Shown piece after piece: positions 51,501 through 60,910 of a stretch of 64,000 nt of DNA. Position numbers and translations under genes: made by a program. The notes under the pieces were generated by a model, which worked only from the letters and a program-made list of their open reading frames with translations, did not search any database and was not told where the DNA came from. Source of the DNA: Nitrospirota bacterium (lineage in GTDB: Bacteria; Nitrospirota; Thermodesulfovibrionia; Thermodesulfovibrionales; Dissulfurispiraceae); NCBI GenBank assembly GCA_963790025.1, contig CAWBMP010000004.1, positions 544,001 through 608,000 of the forward strand, read 5' to 3'. Position 1 is the stretch's first letter; each line of letters opens with the position of its first letter.

Positions 51501-53668
51501 CGCTTCGCGCTGCTCTTTTCTCCTTCCTGCGCTGAAGCGGAATACCTGTAATATTTCCGGTAGTAGTAATAATATGAGCCTTGCTTAATGTCAATAGCGT
51601 TGATGACAAGGCCGATGATATGCGCATTCAGGTCATGGAGAGATTTCAGTCCCTTTCTCACATCATCATAGGTCACCTTGCCTGCCCGGGCCACAATAAT
51701 GGAACCATCCACCATCTTGCTCAGGACAAGGGCATCAGCAACGCTGAGAAGCGGCGGCGAATCGCAGACAACGATATCATATTTCTCGCTCAGCAGCGCA
51801 AGCATCTCATTCATCCTGCTGGAACTGAGAAGCTCCGAAGGGTTCGGCGGAATCGGCCCCGAGGTGAGAACACTCAGGTTCTGAAGCGGCCCCTGCTGCA
51901 AAACCCCCAAATCCGACGCTCCGGCAAGATAAGTGGAAAGGCCTTTTGTGTTAGTCAATCCAAAAACCTTATGGATACGCGGCTTCCGCATGTCTGCATC
52001 AACCAATAAAACTTTATAGTCAGCCTGGGCTATAGCCATGGCGAGATTGACCGAAGTAGAGGTCTTGCCTTCCTCGGGTCTCATGCTGGTAACGAGTATT
52101 TTCCTGGGCGGTTTTTCAGGGGACGAAAGGAGCAAAGACGTTCTGATACCTTTATAGCCCTCGGCTATTTGCGATGTCGGATCACTCACCACGATTCCTT
52201 CAAAGGTGGTTTCCAAACTATCATTCAATGATATCATGCCTAATACGGGAAGCCCCAGCTTTGTCTCCACCTCTTCCGGTGATTTGACCGTATTATCGAG
52301 ATACTCGACGAAGAACGCCATTCCCACGCCGCCGAACAGACCCACAATGAGCCCCAGTATAAGATTATACATCTTGCGCGGCTTCGCAGGAGACTTCGGT
52401 ATTTCGGCCTTCTCCACTACCATGACATTCACTGTCTGGGCCTTTTCCGTTATGCTCTCCTCTTTCATTTTCTTCATCAGGGCATCATAGAACTGCCTGC
52501 TCGTCTCCACTTCCCTGTTCAGGGCACCATACTCCACGAATTTTTCATTGACATTCTGCGCCTCTGACTTGGTCTCGCCGAGGAACCGGTTCAGCGTTGC
52601 CACATTGGCCCTGGCCATTTCGTAATCGTTCTTTATGGAGTCGATAATCCTTTTAATCTCCGACACCCTTTTTGCCTTGAGTGTGGCAAGGTCCTCCACT
52701 GCACGGTTCATAACAGGGTGTTTCTTGCCGTATTTCTGCGAGAGCTCGGTAATATTCTGCTCAGCCCTGAGTATCTGCTGTTTCAGCGCCTGCAGTGACG
52801 GGTCTGATTCTATGACCGAGATCGTCTCTGCCTCATTGAGATTGTTGCCTAAGTCCTTCACTTTGTCGTACAGTATCTCGAGCTGCTTTTTCCTCGTCTC
52901 AGCCTGAATAAGCTGTGTATTAAGCTCAGACAGCTTTTGCGGCACTATGGTGACCTTGTTTTCAAGAGCAACAATATTTCGCTCTTTCACATATTCCTGC
53001 AGCGCCTTCTCTGACTGGTCCAGCTTTTTTCGTTCTTCCTCGGCCTTCTGGCTCATCCATTGCAGCGCATAACGCGTGGAGCTCATGTTGAATTCAAGCA
53101 GCTCTTCGATATACGCGCGGGCAACAGTATTGATTATGGCCTGTGCAAGTTCAGGGCTTGGGGAGAGATACCTCAGTTCCACGATCTTGCTGTTCCGGAT
53201 CGGCTTCGTTTCTATATTTTTGCTGATGGCCTTTGCCAGTCTGTCTATTCTGGCCTGGCGAGCTTCCTCGGAGGAATCGGCTCCATGCTTGCCTGAAGAA
53301 AAAACGCCGGCGAACCAACTGCCTATTCCACCCAAAAAAGACGATCCTGTTATTTTACTTTCATCATATCCCTTGTCCAGATTGAGCAGCTCCACCACTT
53401 TACGTGCAACCGCGGTACTCTTGATAAGCTGAAATTGGGTTTCATAAAATTGCGGATCATATGAGGCATAGTTAGCATTCATCAGTGACCGTGATTGATC
53501 TTTATCAATCAGTAATTTTGTAGAACCCATATAGAGCGACTGCGCTGAAAAGGTCCCGATGGCAACTATGAGAAAAACAATGATAAAGAAGGTTACGACC
53601 GTATACCTTCTCTTCTGTATAACTTTTATGTAATCGCGTAAATGTAACTCTTTGTCTTCCATACCCAC
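51497..53668 (-). CDS. wzc: Polysaccharide co-polymerase / tyrosine autokinase
   Basis: Two TM helices around a coiled coil, EEGKTS, DADMRKP, DSPP, C-terminal Tyr cluster. Confidence 0.92.
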   Translation of the reverse strand: MGMEDKELHLRDYIKVIQKRRYTVVTFFIIVFLIVAIGTFSAQSLYMGSTKLLIDKDQSRSLMNANYASYDPQFYETQFQLIKSTAVARKVVELLNLDKGYDESKITGSSFLGGIGSWFAGVFSSGKHGADSSEEARQARIDRLAKAISKNIETKPIRNSKIVELRYLSPSPELAQAIINTVARAYIEELLEFNMSSTRYALQWMSQKAEEERKKLDQSEKALQEYVKERNIVALENKVTIVPQKLSELNTQLIQAETRKKQLEILYDKVKDLGNNLNEAETISVIESDPSLQALKQQILRAEQNITELSQKYGKKHPVMNRAVEDLATLKAKRVSEIKRIIDSIKNDYEMARANVATLNRFLGETKSEAQNVNEKFVEYGALNREVETSRQFYDALMKKMKEESITEKAQTVNVMVVEKAEIPKSPAKPRKMYNLILGLIVGLFGGVGMAFFVEYLDNTVKSPEEVETKLGLPVLGMISLNDSLETTFEGIVVSDPTSQIAEGYKGIRTSLLLSSPEKPPRKILVTSMRPEEGKTSTSVNLAMAIAQADYKVLLVDADMRKPRIHKVFGLTNTKGLSTYLAGASDLGVLQQGPLQNLSVLTSGPIPPNPSELLSSSRMNEMLALLSEKYDIVVCDSPPLLSVADALVLSKMVDGSIIVARAGKVTYDDVRKGLKSLHDLNAHIIGLVINAIDIKQGSYYYYYRKYYRYSASAQEGEKSSAKR

Positions 53669-53677
53669 TCCTGATAG

Positions 53678-54472
53678 TTAAAAGAAACTTTCGGGGACCT
53701 CAATAACATCGTCGGAACGTACAGGCTCGTCCATTTTGACCTTTTCCAGGACTTCTTCCTTGCCTTTGACCTGTCTGGTTATTTTGACCCTTCCTTTGGA
53801 TGCCTTATCAGTAAACCCTCCTGCTATGGTGATGGCCTTAATCACAGTAGTGCCTTCCTCGAATTTGTATGCATCAGGCTTTTTTACCTCGCCGCTGATA
53901 TAGAACATACCAGCCTTGACTACAAAAATGCTGTCTCCGTCAATAATCGGGACATCCTGGGACGTGTCCCCTTTTTCAATAAGCCGCTTCAGGTCGACCG
54001 TAATAACTGTTTCTTTATTGTCCGGCGGGACTGCCTTTCTTTTAATGACTGCCTTGTCCCCTGCGTCTTTGGCAAGATCGCCTGCATTTGAGAGCACCTG
54101 AAGAAATGTAGTATACCCCTTCAGCTCATAAAGGCCCGGCCTGTTGACCTGGCCTATAATAGTGACCTTCTGACTTCTGAATTCCTGAATAAAGATACTC
54201 ACATGAGGAGAGACGATATACCCGTCAGCCAGCAGTGCGGCTATTTTTTCAGATACCTGGGAGATATTGAGCCCTGCAACCTTCACCTGCCCTACAAGCG
54301 GAAAGGCAATTGTCCCGTCACCGCCTATTCTCGCTTCGGTGGTCAGATCAAGGTGGTCATAAACGGTGATACGAAGTATGTCTCCCTCGCCTACAATATA
54401 GTCCTGGCTTGCAGAGGCACAGATGCCGGTCACCATTACTGCAAATAAAACGGCAATCAGGATTTTTTTCAT
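53678..54472 (-). CDS. Polysaccharide export protein (Wza/OPX family, SLBB domains)
   Basis: DYIVGEGD, DGTIAFPLVG, GQVNRPG, AGGFT, PESFF. Confidence 0.9.
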   Translation of the reverse strand: MKKILIAVLFAVMVTGICASASQDYIVGEGDILRITVYDHLDLTTEARIGGDGTIAFPLVGQVKVAGLNISQVSEKIAALLADGYIVSPHVSIFIQEFRSQKVTIIGQVNRPGLYELKGYTTFLQVLSNAGDLAKDAGDKAVIKRKAVPPDNKETVITVDLKRLIEKGDTSQDVPIIDGDSIFVVKAGMFYISGEVKKPDAYKFEEGTTVIKAITIAGGFTDKASKGRVKITRQVKGKEEVLEKVKMDEPVRSDDVIEVPESFF

Positions 54473-54563
54473 TACAATGCTGTATGTCCGCTCTTCACGA
54501 CACGCAAGATGCTACACATCGATAAAAAGACTTATATAAGCCATCAAAATAATTTAACTGTCG

Positions 54564-55919
54564 TTATAAAGTCGCTTTGATCAGCAACATTACTGTATTA
54601 TTCGAGTAGCCGAAGTCACTAAAGTCCGAATTCCTCTTTGTATAATTATACTGAAGCGCGGCATTCAGCCATTCCTTGAAGCGGTATTGCACTAATGGAC
54701 CCACCCTGTAATAGGTGTCCTTTCTCAATCGCGTTTGGCCGCCTTCCGTGGTCGGTGTGCCCTCATACTGATCATTTGCAAACCATGCGCTCAAGCCGCC
54801 GGTAAGTTTGTCAGTCATCCTATAGGCATAGTTAATGTTAACCGAATCCTCAACAACATAGCCGGCTGCACTTAGATCAGTTTCATTAGTTCTTCTTCCG
54901 TATGTAAGGGTGATAAAGCTCTTCGGCGTAAACCGATGCTGCAGCTGAGCTTCACAAATGAAATGGGTCGTGCTGCCCAGCGCCGATGTGGCAAAATCCT
55001 TTATATCAACTCCAGCCTTAAACGACATAAGTGTTTTTGCCGTGATTTCATGCCGAAAGCCCAATAAGACATGATGCTCATCGCTATTGACAAGTATGTT
55101 TTTTTCATAACGACTATCGATAAAGTCGTATTCTGCAAACAACGACGTCCTCGGCATCACCTTATAAAATACATAGGCGTCAACACCATTATCGGTCCTG
55201 TTTCTGAACGCATTTGTCGAGGAAGCGAAGGTAATCGGATAATTGGTATAATCCGCCCTCAATAAAATTTTGTCGGTCACCTGATAGCTCAGTACTGTGT
55301 TAAACAGGTTTGACTCGTATCTGTCTTCGGTAGCAGACGCGCCTATACCAAGGATAGTGTGATTTTTCACATATTCATCGCGCATATCAATGGACAATCC
55401 CGAAGAAAAATTATACTCTAACATTCCGTCAATTTTATGGTTGTCCGAGTTTAAATGAGTGGTTTTATCATAACGCTCGAAATCTCCCTGGTAGAGCACG
55501 TATGTCTGATAGCGCCTTTCACTGGGTGTGAAAAAAGTTGTCAGAGGTATGGCGCCCGGTGTTACAAGTGAAGTCTCTACATCAAATAATCTCTCTTTAA
55601 GCCGCGGATATGCAAGCCATAGCCCGGGGGACACAATGGTTTCATAATCCGACTGCTTGCCCGTTTTAACGGCAAACACATTGTCGTTGTATAACTCCGT
55701 CAATCCGACAAAAGGGTGAATATAGCCCCCCTGTTCCCCTATAGTTTCTGCTGCTTTCGCTTGCCCTGGGGGAGGGGCTTCTGCTGCTTGCGTTTGCCCA
55801 TGGGGAGGGGTCGGTAACCCAGGGGGAGGGGCTTCAACTGCAGCAGCTAAGGGCGGCAACCATAAGCAAACCAGCAAGCATATGGACAACAGTACAATCC
55901 TGTATTTTTTTGTTCTCAC
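54564..55919 (-). CDS. Outer-membrane beta-barrel associated with EPS export (EpsL/VpsM-like)
   Basis: Signal peptide, YNDNVF, amphipathic strands; next to a short OPX protein. Confidence 0.78.
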   Translation of the reverse strand: MRTKKYRIVLLSICLLVCLWLPPLAAAVEAPPPGLPTPPHGQTQAAEAPPPGQAKAAETIGEQGGYIHPFVGLTELYNDNVFAVKTGKQSDYETIVSPGLWLAYPRLKERLFDVETSLVTPGAIPLTTFFTPSERRYQTYVLYQGDFERYDKTTHLNSDNHKIDGMLEYNFSSGLSIDMRDEYVKNHTILGIGASATEDRYESNLFNTVLSYQVTDKILLRADYTNYPITFASSTNAFRNRTDNGVDAYVFYKVMPRTSLFAEYDFIDSRYEKNILVNSDEHHVLLGFRHEITAKTLMSFKAGVDIKDFATSALGSTTHFICEAQLQHRFTPKSFITLTYGRRTNETDLSAAGYVVEDSVNINYAYRMTDKLTGGLSAWFANDQYEGTPTTEGGQTRLRKDTYYRVGPLVQYRFKEWLNAALQYNYTKRNSDFSDFGYSNNTVMLLIKATL

Positions 55920-55934
55920 CTTATCATCTCCTTA

Positions 55935-56435
55935 CTATGGATGGAATCCACTGACAGGAGGTGGCGGAGGAGGTGGCGGTGGTGGTGGGGGGGGGGGAGG
56001 CGGTGCTCCACCGGGTGCTCCACCGGGTGCTCCACCGGTGGTTCCACCGGGAGTTCCACCAGGTGTATAGGGATGTCCGATAGCTTGAGATATGGCCCCC
56101 TGAACCGCCTGCGCAGGTACACCTGCTGCCTGTGCGGCCGAGTTGATCGCATCATCTGATACTCCTGCACTATGTGCCCCGATAGCCACCGCATTGATGG
56201 AGATTTTGTCCACTTGAATTGCGCCCTGAATTGCCGCCGAGGCGCTATAGCCGGCCGTTATGGCATCGGCAACAGCCTGAGCAGGGGACGCACCGGCGGT
56301 TATTGAAGCCTGTATTGCAGCAGCGGCCGCTGCCGGATCATTAGGATCCAAAGGGGCCGCAACAGAAAATGCAGGAGAGAGGAACATAACCAGAGCAATA
56401 AAAAATAACAATGAAAACATCAACAATTTTTTCAT
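55935..56435 (-). CDS. Secreted Ala-rich protein with Gly-Pro repeats and polyproline tail
   Basis: Signal peptide, SD AAGGAGG, ends GGAPGGAPGGA-polyP-VSGFHP. Confidence 0.75.
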   Translation of the reverse strand: MKKLLMFSLLFFIALVMFLSPAFSVAAPLDPNDPAAAAAAIQASITAGASPAQAVADAITAGYSASAAIQGAIQVDKISINAVAIGAHSAGVSDDAINSAAQAAGVPAQAVQGAISQAIGHPYTPGGTPGGTTGGAPGGAPGGAPPPPPPPPPPPPPPPPVSGFHP

Positions 56436-56488
56436 AAATATACCTCCTTATTACAGCTTATAAGCTTACAATATAACCATTATCGAAG

Positions 56489-57598
56489 TCAATGCACTTC
56501 ATGAGTTAAATGGGCCTCGATAACTCTTTCCCTTCCTTCCACATGTATTCTTTTCTTCTGAACAGCCCGAACGAAGTAAAATATAAATGTCAGATGCACA
56601 ATAAAATAGATAAAAAATCCCATAAAAAGATGGTAATCAGAAAATTGAAGAAGCGATCCCGCAATTGCATACACGACGAGAAGGGACGATAGGAGGAGAA
56701 TAGTTTTTACAGCACCTTCTTTTGAAAGTCCCAGTCTGATCAGATGGTGGTGCAAATGTTCCTTATCGGCAAAGAAAGGACTTTTATGATCGATCATTCT
56801 TTTCGTCATAACGACAACAGTATCGACAATAGGGACTCCGAGCACCAGCAGGGGAAAGACCGGCGACACTACCGGTTCATGGTATTTGGGATATTGGGTC
56901 AGGCTGATCGATAAAAAAGCCAGTACAAAACCCAATGCCATACTCCCTGTATCACCCATAAACAGCCTGGCAGGATGCCAGTTGTATCGTATAAAGCCTG
57001 CCACTGCCCCAATTAATGCAATACATAACAATACCATCTCGATACGCTGCTCTACATAAAACATAAGGGCGAACGAAGCAAGCGCAATGAAGGAAATTCC
57101 TCCTGCCAGCCCGTCAAGACCATCGATCATATTGAGCGCGTTAATGACGCCTACTGTACCTATAATAGTGACCGGAATAGCAAAAATGTGGAGATCTACA
57201 GTGCCAAACGATAATAAATCCCCCAGGGAATGGAGGATAGCATTACTGAAATGCATCATTACGATCGCTGCAAAAATCTGCGCCAGGAATTTCCATCGAT
57301 GGTCTATTTCCCTGAAATCGTCAAGAAAGCCGATGACTGCGAGCAGGCACATACCGGCATAAAACCCTCTCAGCTCTGAAACAGGAACAAAAAAGATACA
57401 GGTAATGAAAAAAGCGATGAGCATACCGAGGCCTCCGACCAGGGGCTTCGGGACCGTATGCACCTTTCTCTCCTGGGGGTGGTCCATGAGTCCTATTTTT
57501 GCAGCGATGTTCGACAACCTCGGCAAAACCAGTATCGCTGTAAGAAAGGAAAACATAAACGCCAGGATTATTGAAAACCTTTCCATTGCGTTCTCCAT
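56489..57598 (-). CDS. wecA: Undecaprenyl-phosphate GlcNAc-1-phosphate transferase (WecA/TagO family)
   Basis: RKVH, GFLDD, NMIDGLDGLAGG, FMGDTGS, HLHH. Confidence 0.88.
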   Translation of the reverse strand: MENAMERFSIILAFMFSFLTAILVLPRLSNIAAKIGLMDHPQERKVHTVPKPLVGGLGMLIAFFITCIFFVPVSELRGFYAGMCLLAVIGFLDDFREIDHRWKFLAQIFAAIVMMHFSNAILHSLGDLLSFGTVDLHIFAIPVTIIGTVGVINALNMIDGLDGLAGGISFIALASFALMFYVEQRIEMVLLCIALIGAVAGFIRYNWHPARLFMGDTGSMALGFVLAFLSISLTQYPKYHEPVVSPVFPLLVLGVPIVDTVVVMTKRMIDHKSPFFADKEHLHHHLIRLGLSKEGAVKTILLLSSLLVVYAIAGSLLQFSDYHLFMGFFIYFIVHLTFIFYFVRAVQKKRIHVEGRERVIEAHLTHEVH

Positions 57599-57761
57599 AA
57601 TCGCAACCCACTACATATTTTGAGACAAAAAACCCGGTGAATACTGTACAACCTGAAAAATTGCCTACTACCGTTTGAATACCGATGAATTACCCTTTTA
57701 TATGCCGAAAATGCGGCTCGGTCCAGCCGACGAGAAATATCCGTGACCGAGTGTTAGAAAT

Positions 57762-57790
57762 ATCATAGGATTTTCTTACGGTCCTGTCAA
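57762..57790 (-). promoter_or_regulatory. Internal sigma70 promoter for the wecA-export block
   Basis: TTGACA-N17-TATGAT. Confidence 0.75.
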
Positions 57791-57935
57791 GTTACAAAAA
57801 CATTACGACAAAAACATTACACATATGTCGTTTCTCTGTATCCCGCTATTACACGCCAAAAAACATTGATTCAATTACCCTTTCAGGACTCCGTGTCCTC
57901 TTGTTTGAGATATACAATTTGCTCAATTAATATTT

Positions 57936-58553
57936 TCACCTGTTTACCGTAACCGGGAACCATTCTGCAGGGATGCCGGTGCCGTATACGAGGATGTAAT
58001 ATGCCAATTTTTTGTACTCACTCATGACAAAGTCCTTCGACGTTTTGTTTTTCCACCAGTTTTCTGCATCCCACCACGGAGGAGAAGTTGCAACAATAGT
58101 ATATTTCAGGCCTGAACCTCTGAGCACATGGTTCCATGCCCAATTAACCCTCCTTATATGCGGAGGATCGGTCACAATCAGGGAGTGCTTCCAGCCATGT
58201 TTTCTTATCAATGTAAGAGCATCCTCCGCCTCTCCAAGCGAATTCCGGGCAACAGAGTCATAATAGATGTTTTCCTCTGCGGCCCCCGCTGAAAAAAACG
58301 CTTTTGTTGTCTTTGATTCTTTGCCGACGTGAATAAGCACAACATTCGGGGCATATCCTGATCTGTATAGTTTCAATGCCTGTAAAGCTCTCAGACCGCT
58401 ATCACCGCCAAGCACAACGATGACATCCGCCTTCGAAGGGTCCATAGCGGGAGATGACAGGAAAATACCGGCTTTGAGAAAAGCCAGACCGGCGAATAAG
58501 GGAAGCGAAACAAAAACAGCGAGCCACCATCCTTTCCTGCCAGTCCATTTCAC
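57936..58553 (-). CDS. YdcF/DUF218 family protein
   Basis: ADVIVVLGG, RNS..EA, IVTDPPHIRR, EYKKL. Confidence 0.85.
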   Translation of the reverse strand: MKWTGRKGWWLAVFVSLPLFAGLAFLKAGIFLSSPAMDPSKADVIVVLGGDSGLRALQALKLYRSGYAPNVVLIHVGKESKTTKAFFSAGAAEENIYYDSVARNSLGEAEDALTLIRKHGWKHSLIVTDPPHIRRVNWAWNHVLRGSGLKYTIVATSPPWWDAENWWKNKTSKDFVMSEYKKLAYYILVYGTGIPAEWFPVTVNR

Positions 58554-58561
58554 GGCAACAG

Positions 58562-59677
58562 CTACTTTTTTACCGCCTTAACATCGGCTTTCAGGAGGAT
58601 ATCTATGATTCGCTCTGCGGTATGACCGTCCCAGAATTCCGGGACTTTACCTTTTTTTGCACCGCTCCTGAAGGATGTATATGCTTCAAGTATATTTTTT
58701 TGAGTCGTACCGACAAGTGTATTTGTGCCTTCCTCGATGGTGATCGGTCGTTCGGTGTTCTCCCGGATGGTAAAGCAGGGAATGCCGAGTGCGGTGGTTT
58801 CTTCCTGCAGACCTCCGCTATCGGTAAGCACAAGGACCGCATCTTTCCAGAGCGACAAAAAATCCAGGTAGGACTTGGGAGGCATGAGTTTGATATTAGA
58901 ATTATCGATTCTTCCTGCGAGACCAAAGTCCTTTATATTTTTCTCAGTCCTTGGATGCACAGGGAAATAGATCGGCATATCGTTTGATATTTCCATTAAT
59001 GCAGCCAGGATATCTTCAAGCCTCGACCTGTCATCCACATTCGACGGCCTGTGCAGCGTAAGGACCGCATACTCTCTGTCGGTATTCCGGCAAGGAGGCA
59101 AACCCGCAAGCTTCTTCAGGCTGTAATACAATGTATCAATCATGATATTCCCGACATAGAACATCTTTTTTTCGGCCTTACCCTCCCTATTCAGATTTTC
59201 AACCCCGCTTCTTTCCGAGATAAAGAGGTAGTCGGAAATTGAGTCCGTAACAATTCTGTTTATTTCCTCAGGCATCGTCATATCACCGCTTCTGAGCCCG
59301 GCCTCAACGTGTGCCACCTTTATGTTTAATTTCTTTGCGGTGACGGAACAGGCCAGCGTTGAATTGACGTCGCCCACCACAACAACAATATCCGGCATTG
59401 CCTTGCCGCAGACCTTTTCAAATTCGATCATGACCTTTGCAGTCTGTTCGGCATGAGAGCCTGGGCCGGCGCTCAGAAAGTAATCCGGCTGGGGGATGTC
59501 AAAATCCTCGAAGAAAACCTTCGACATCTCGTAATCATAATGTTGACCGGTATGAACAAGCTCCCAGGTTACCTCTTTGCCTGCAGACTTATCGTCTTGC
59601 AAGCTATTCAACTCATGCACCAAAGGCGCTATCTTCATAAAGTTGGGCCTCGCGCCTGCAACAAGCAATATCTTCAT
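58562..59677 (-). CDS. wecB: UDP-N-acetylglucosamine 2-epimerase (non-hydrolysing)
   Basis: GARPNFMK, HTGQHYD, HVEAGLRS, TDSGGLQEE, ERP. Confidence 0.93.
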   Translation of the reverse strand: MKILLVAGARPNFMKIAPLVHELNSLQDDKSAGKEVTWELVHTGQHYDYEMSKVFFEDFDIPQPDYFLSAGPGSHAEQTAKVMIEFEKVCGKAMPDIVVVVGDVNSTLACSVTAKKLNIKVAHVEAGLRSGDMTMPEEINRIVTDSISDYLFISERSGVENLNREGKAEKKMFYVGNIMIDTLYYSLKKLAGLPPCRNTDREYAVLTLHRPSNVDDRSRLEDILAALMEISNDMPIYFPVHPRTEKNIKDFGLAGRIDNSNIKLMPPKSYLDFLSLWKDAVLVLTDSGGLQEETTALGIPCFTIRENTERPITIEEGTNTLVGTTQKNILEAYTSFRSGAKKGKVPEFWDGHTAERIIDILLKADVKAVKK

Positions 59678-59692
59678 TTCACGCCCTTATTG

Positions 59693-60910
59693 TTACCGCA
59701 TATTTACAGTTTCTTTCAAATATACGAGCATTTTGTCGGCCAGCCTGCTTCTGTCGAAGTCGAATGATAGTTTAACGCATCCATCCTGAAGCTGCCTGTA
59801 TAGATTACCGTCATTCTTTAACTGCGTTAGCTTATTAATAAAATCACTTTCATTCTCAGGCTCAAAACAGATGCCCGCGCCGTATTGTTCCACTATCTCC
59901 TGCGCCTGGCCTTCAACGCCCAGGAGAATCGGTTTTCTCATGGCCGAAGCCTCAAAAATTTTGGAGGGGATGACGGTTTTGAAGGTATCTGATTTCAGAA
60001 GTGGGACGAGCGCCGCATCAGTTACCGACATGTATTCCGGGACAAGCTCTTTGCTGATTGAAGGGAGAAAGGTCGCATTTTTTATGTTCTTTTTCTTTGA
60101 TAGTTCGACGACTGCTTCTTTCCGTGCGCCATCACCGATGAAGATGAAATGAATATCGCTGTCCGTAATCTTATCGAGTGCATTTACTATGAACTCCAGG
60201 CTGTGTGCCAGGCCATGGGTCCCGATATAACCGACAACAAACTTGCCGTCCAGTCCGAGGTCTTGCACGAGGCGTGAGCTCTTTTCCCTCGGGTAGAAGA
60301 GCTTGATATTCGAGCCGTTGGTCACGAGTCTGATCTTGTCTTCAGGTATGCCTCGGGATATGAGTCTCCTTTTGAATGCCTTGGTCAGGGCGACCACCAT
60401 ATGCGCATCTTTGTATAAAAAAAGCTCGATTTTTTCAAGCAGAAGATAAAGCCTGTTCGTCTTAATTGCCCCAACAGTTCTTATAGACTCCGGCCACAGG
60501 TCCCTCAGTTCGAACACCCAAGGTTTTCTTTTGAGTTTCGAAAGCCCGAATGCAGCAAAGGTCGTGAAGAATTGGGGAGATGTCGCAATGATGATATCCA
60601 TTTTCTGAAACATCCCTGCAATCAGGGCAGTGCAGGCAAAACTCAGGTAATCGATGATCCTTTTGAGAAAACCTTCATTTGCGGTTATATAACTCCATAC
60701 CCTGATTACCCTGATCCCTTCAACGTTCTCTTTTTTATAAAGACTGTTTCTGTACCCTGCATACACTTTCCCCCGGGGGAAGTTCGGCGCGCAGGTTATC
60801 ACAGTTACGTCGGTCCCTTGCCTGACCCATTCCTTGCAGTGATCAAACGTCCTCGTTGCAGGAGCATTGACCTCAGGAGGAAAATTATCGGAAATAAAAA
60901 GGACCTTCAT
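59693..60910 (-). CDS. GT4 glycosyltransferase (WbuB-like)
   Basis: NFPPEVNAPATRT, ELRDLWPES, PSKIFE. Confidence 0.9.
   Translation of the reverse strand: MKVLFISDNFPPEVNAPATRTFDHCKEWVRQGTDVTVITCAPNFPRGKVYAGYRNSLYKKENVEGIRVIRVWSYITANEGFLKRIIDYLSFACTALIAGMFQKMDIIIATSPQFFTTFAAFGLSKLKRKPWVFELRDLWPESIRTVGAIKTNRLYLLLEKIELFLYKDAHMVVALTKAFKRRLISRGIPEDKIRLVTNGSNIKLFYPREKSSRLVQDLGLDGKFVVGYIGTHGLAHSLEFIVNALDKITDSDIHFIFIGDGARKEAVVELSKKKNIKNATFLPSISKELVPEYMSVTDAALVPLLKSDTFKTVIPSKIFEASAMRKPILLGVEGQAQEIVEQYGAGICFEPENESDFINKLTQLKNDGNLYRQLQDGCVKLSFDFDRSRLADKMLVYLKETVNMR

Noticed and set aside
55935..56435. PEP-CTERM/exosortase substrate
   Set aside because: No PEP motif, TM helix or basic tail, and no exosortase in the window.
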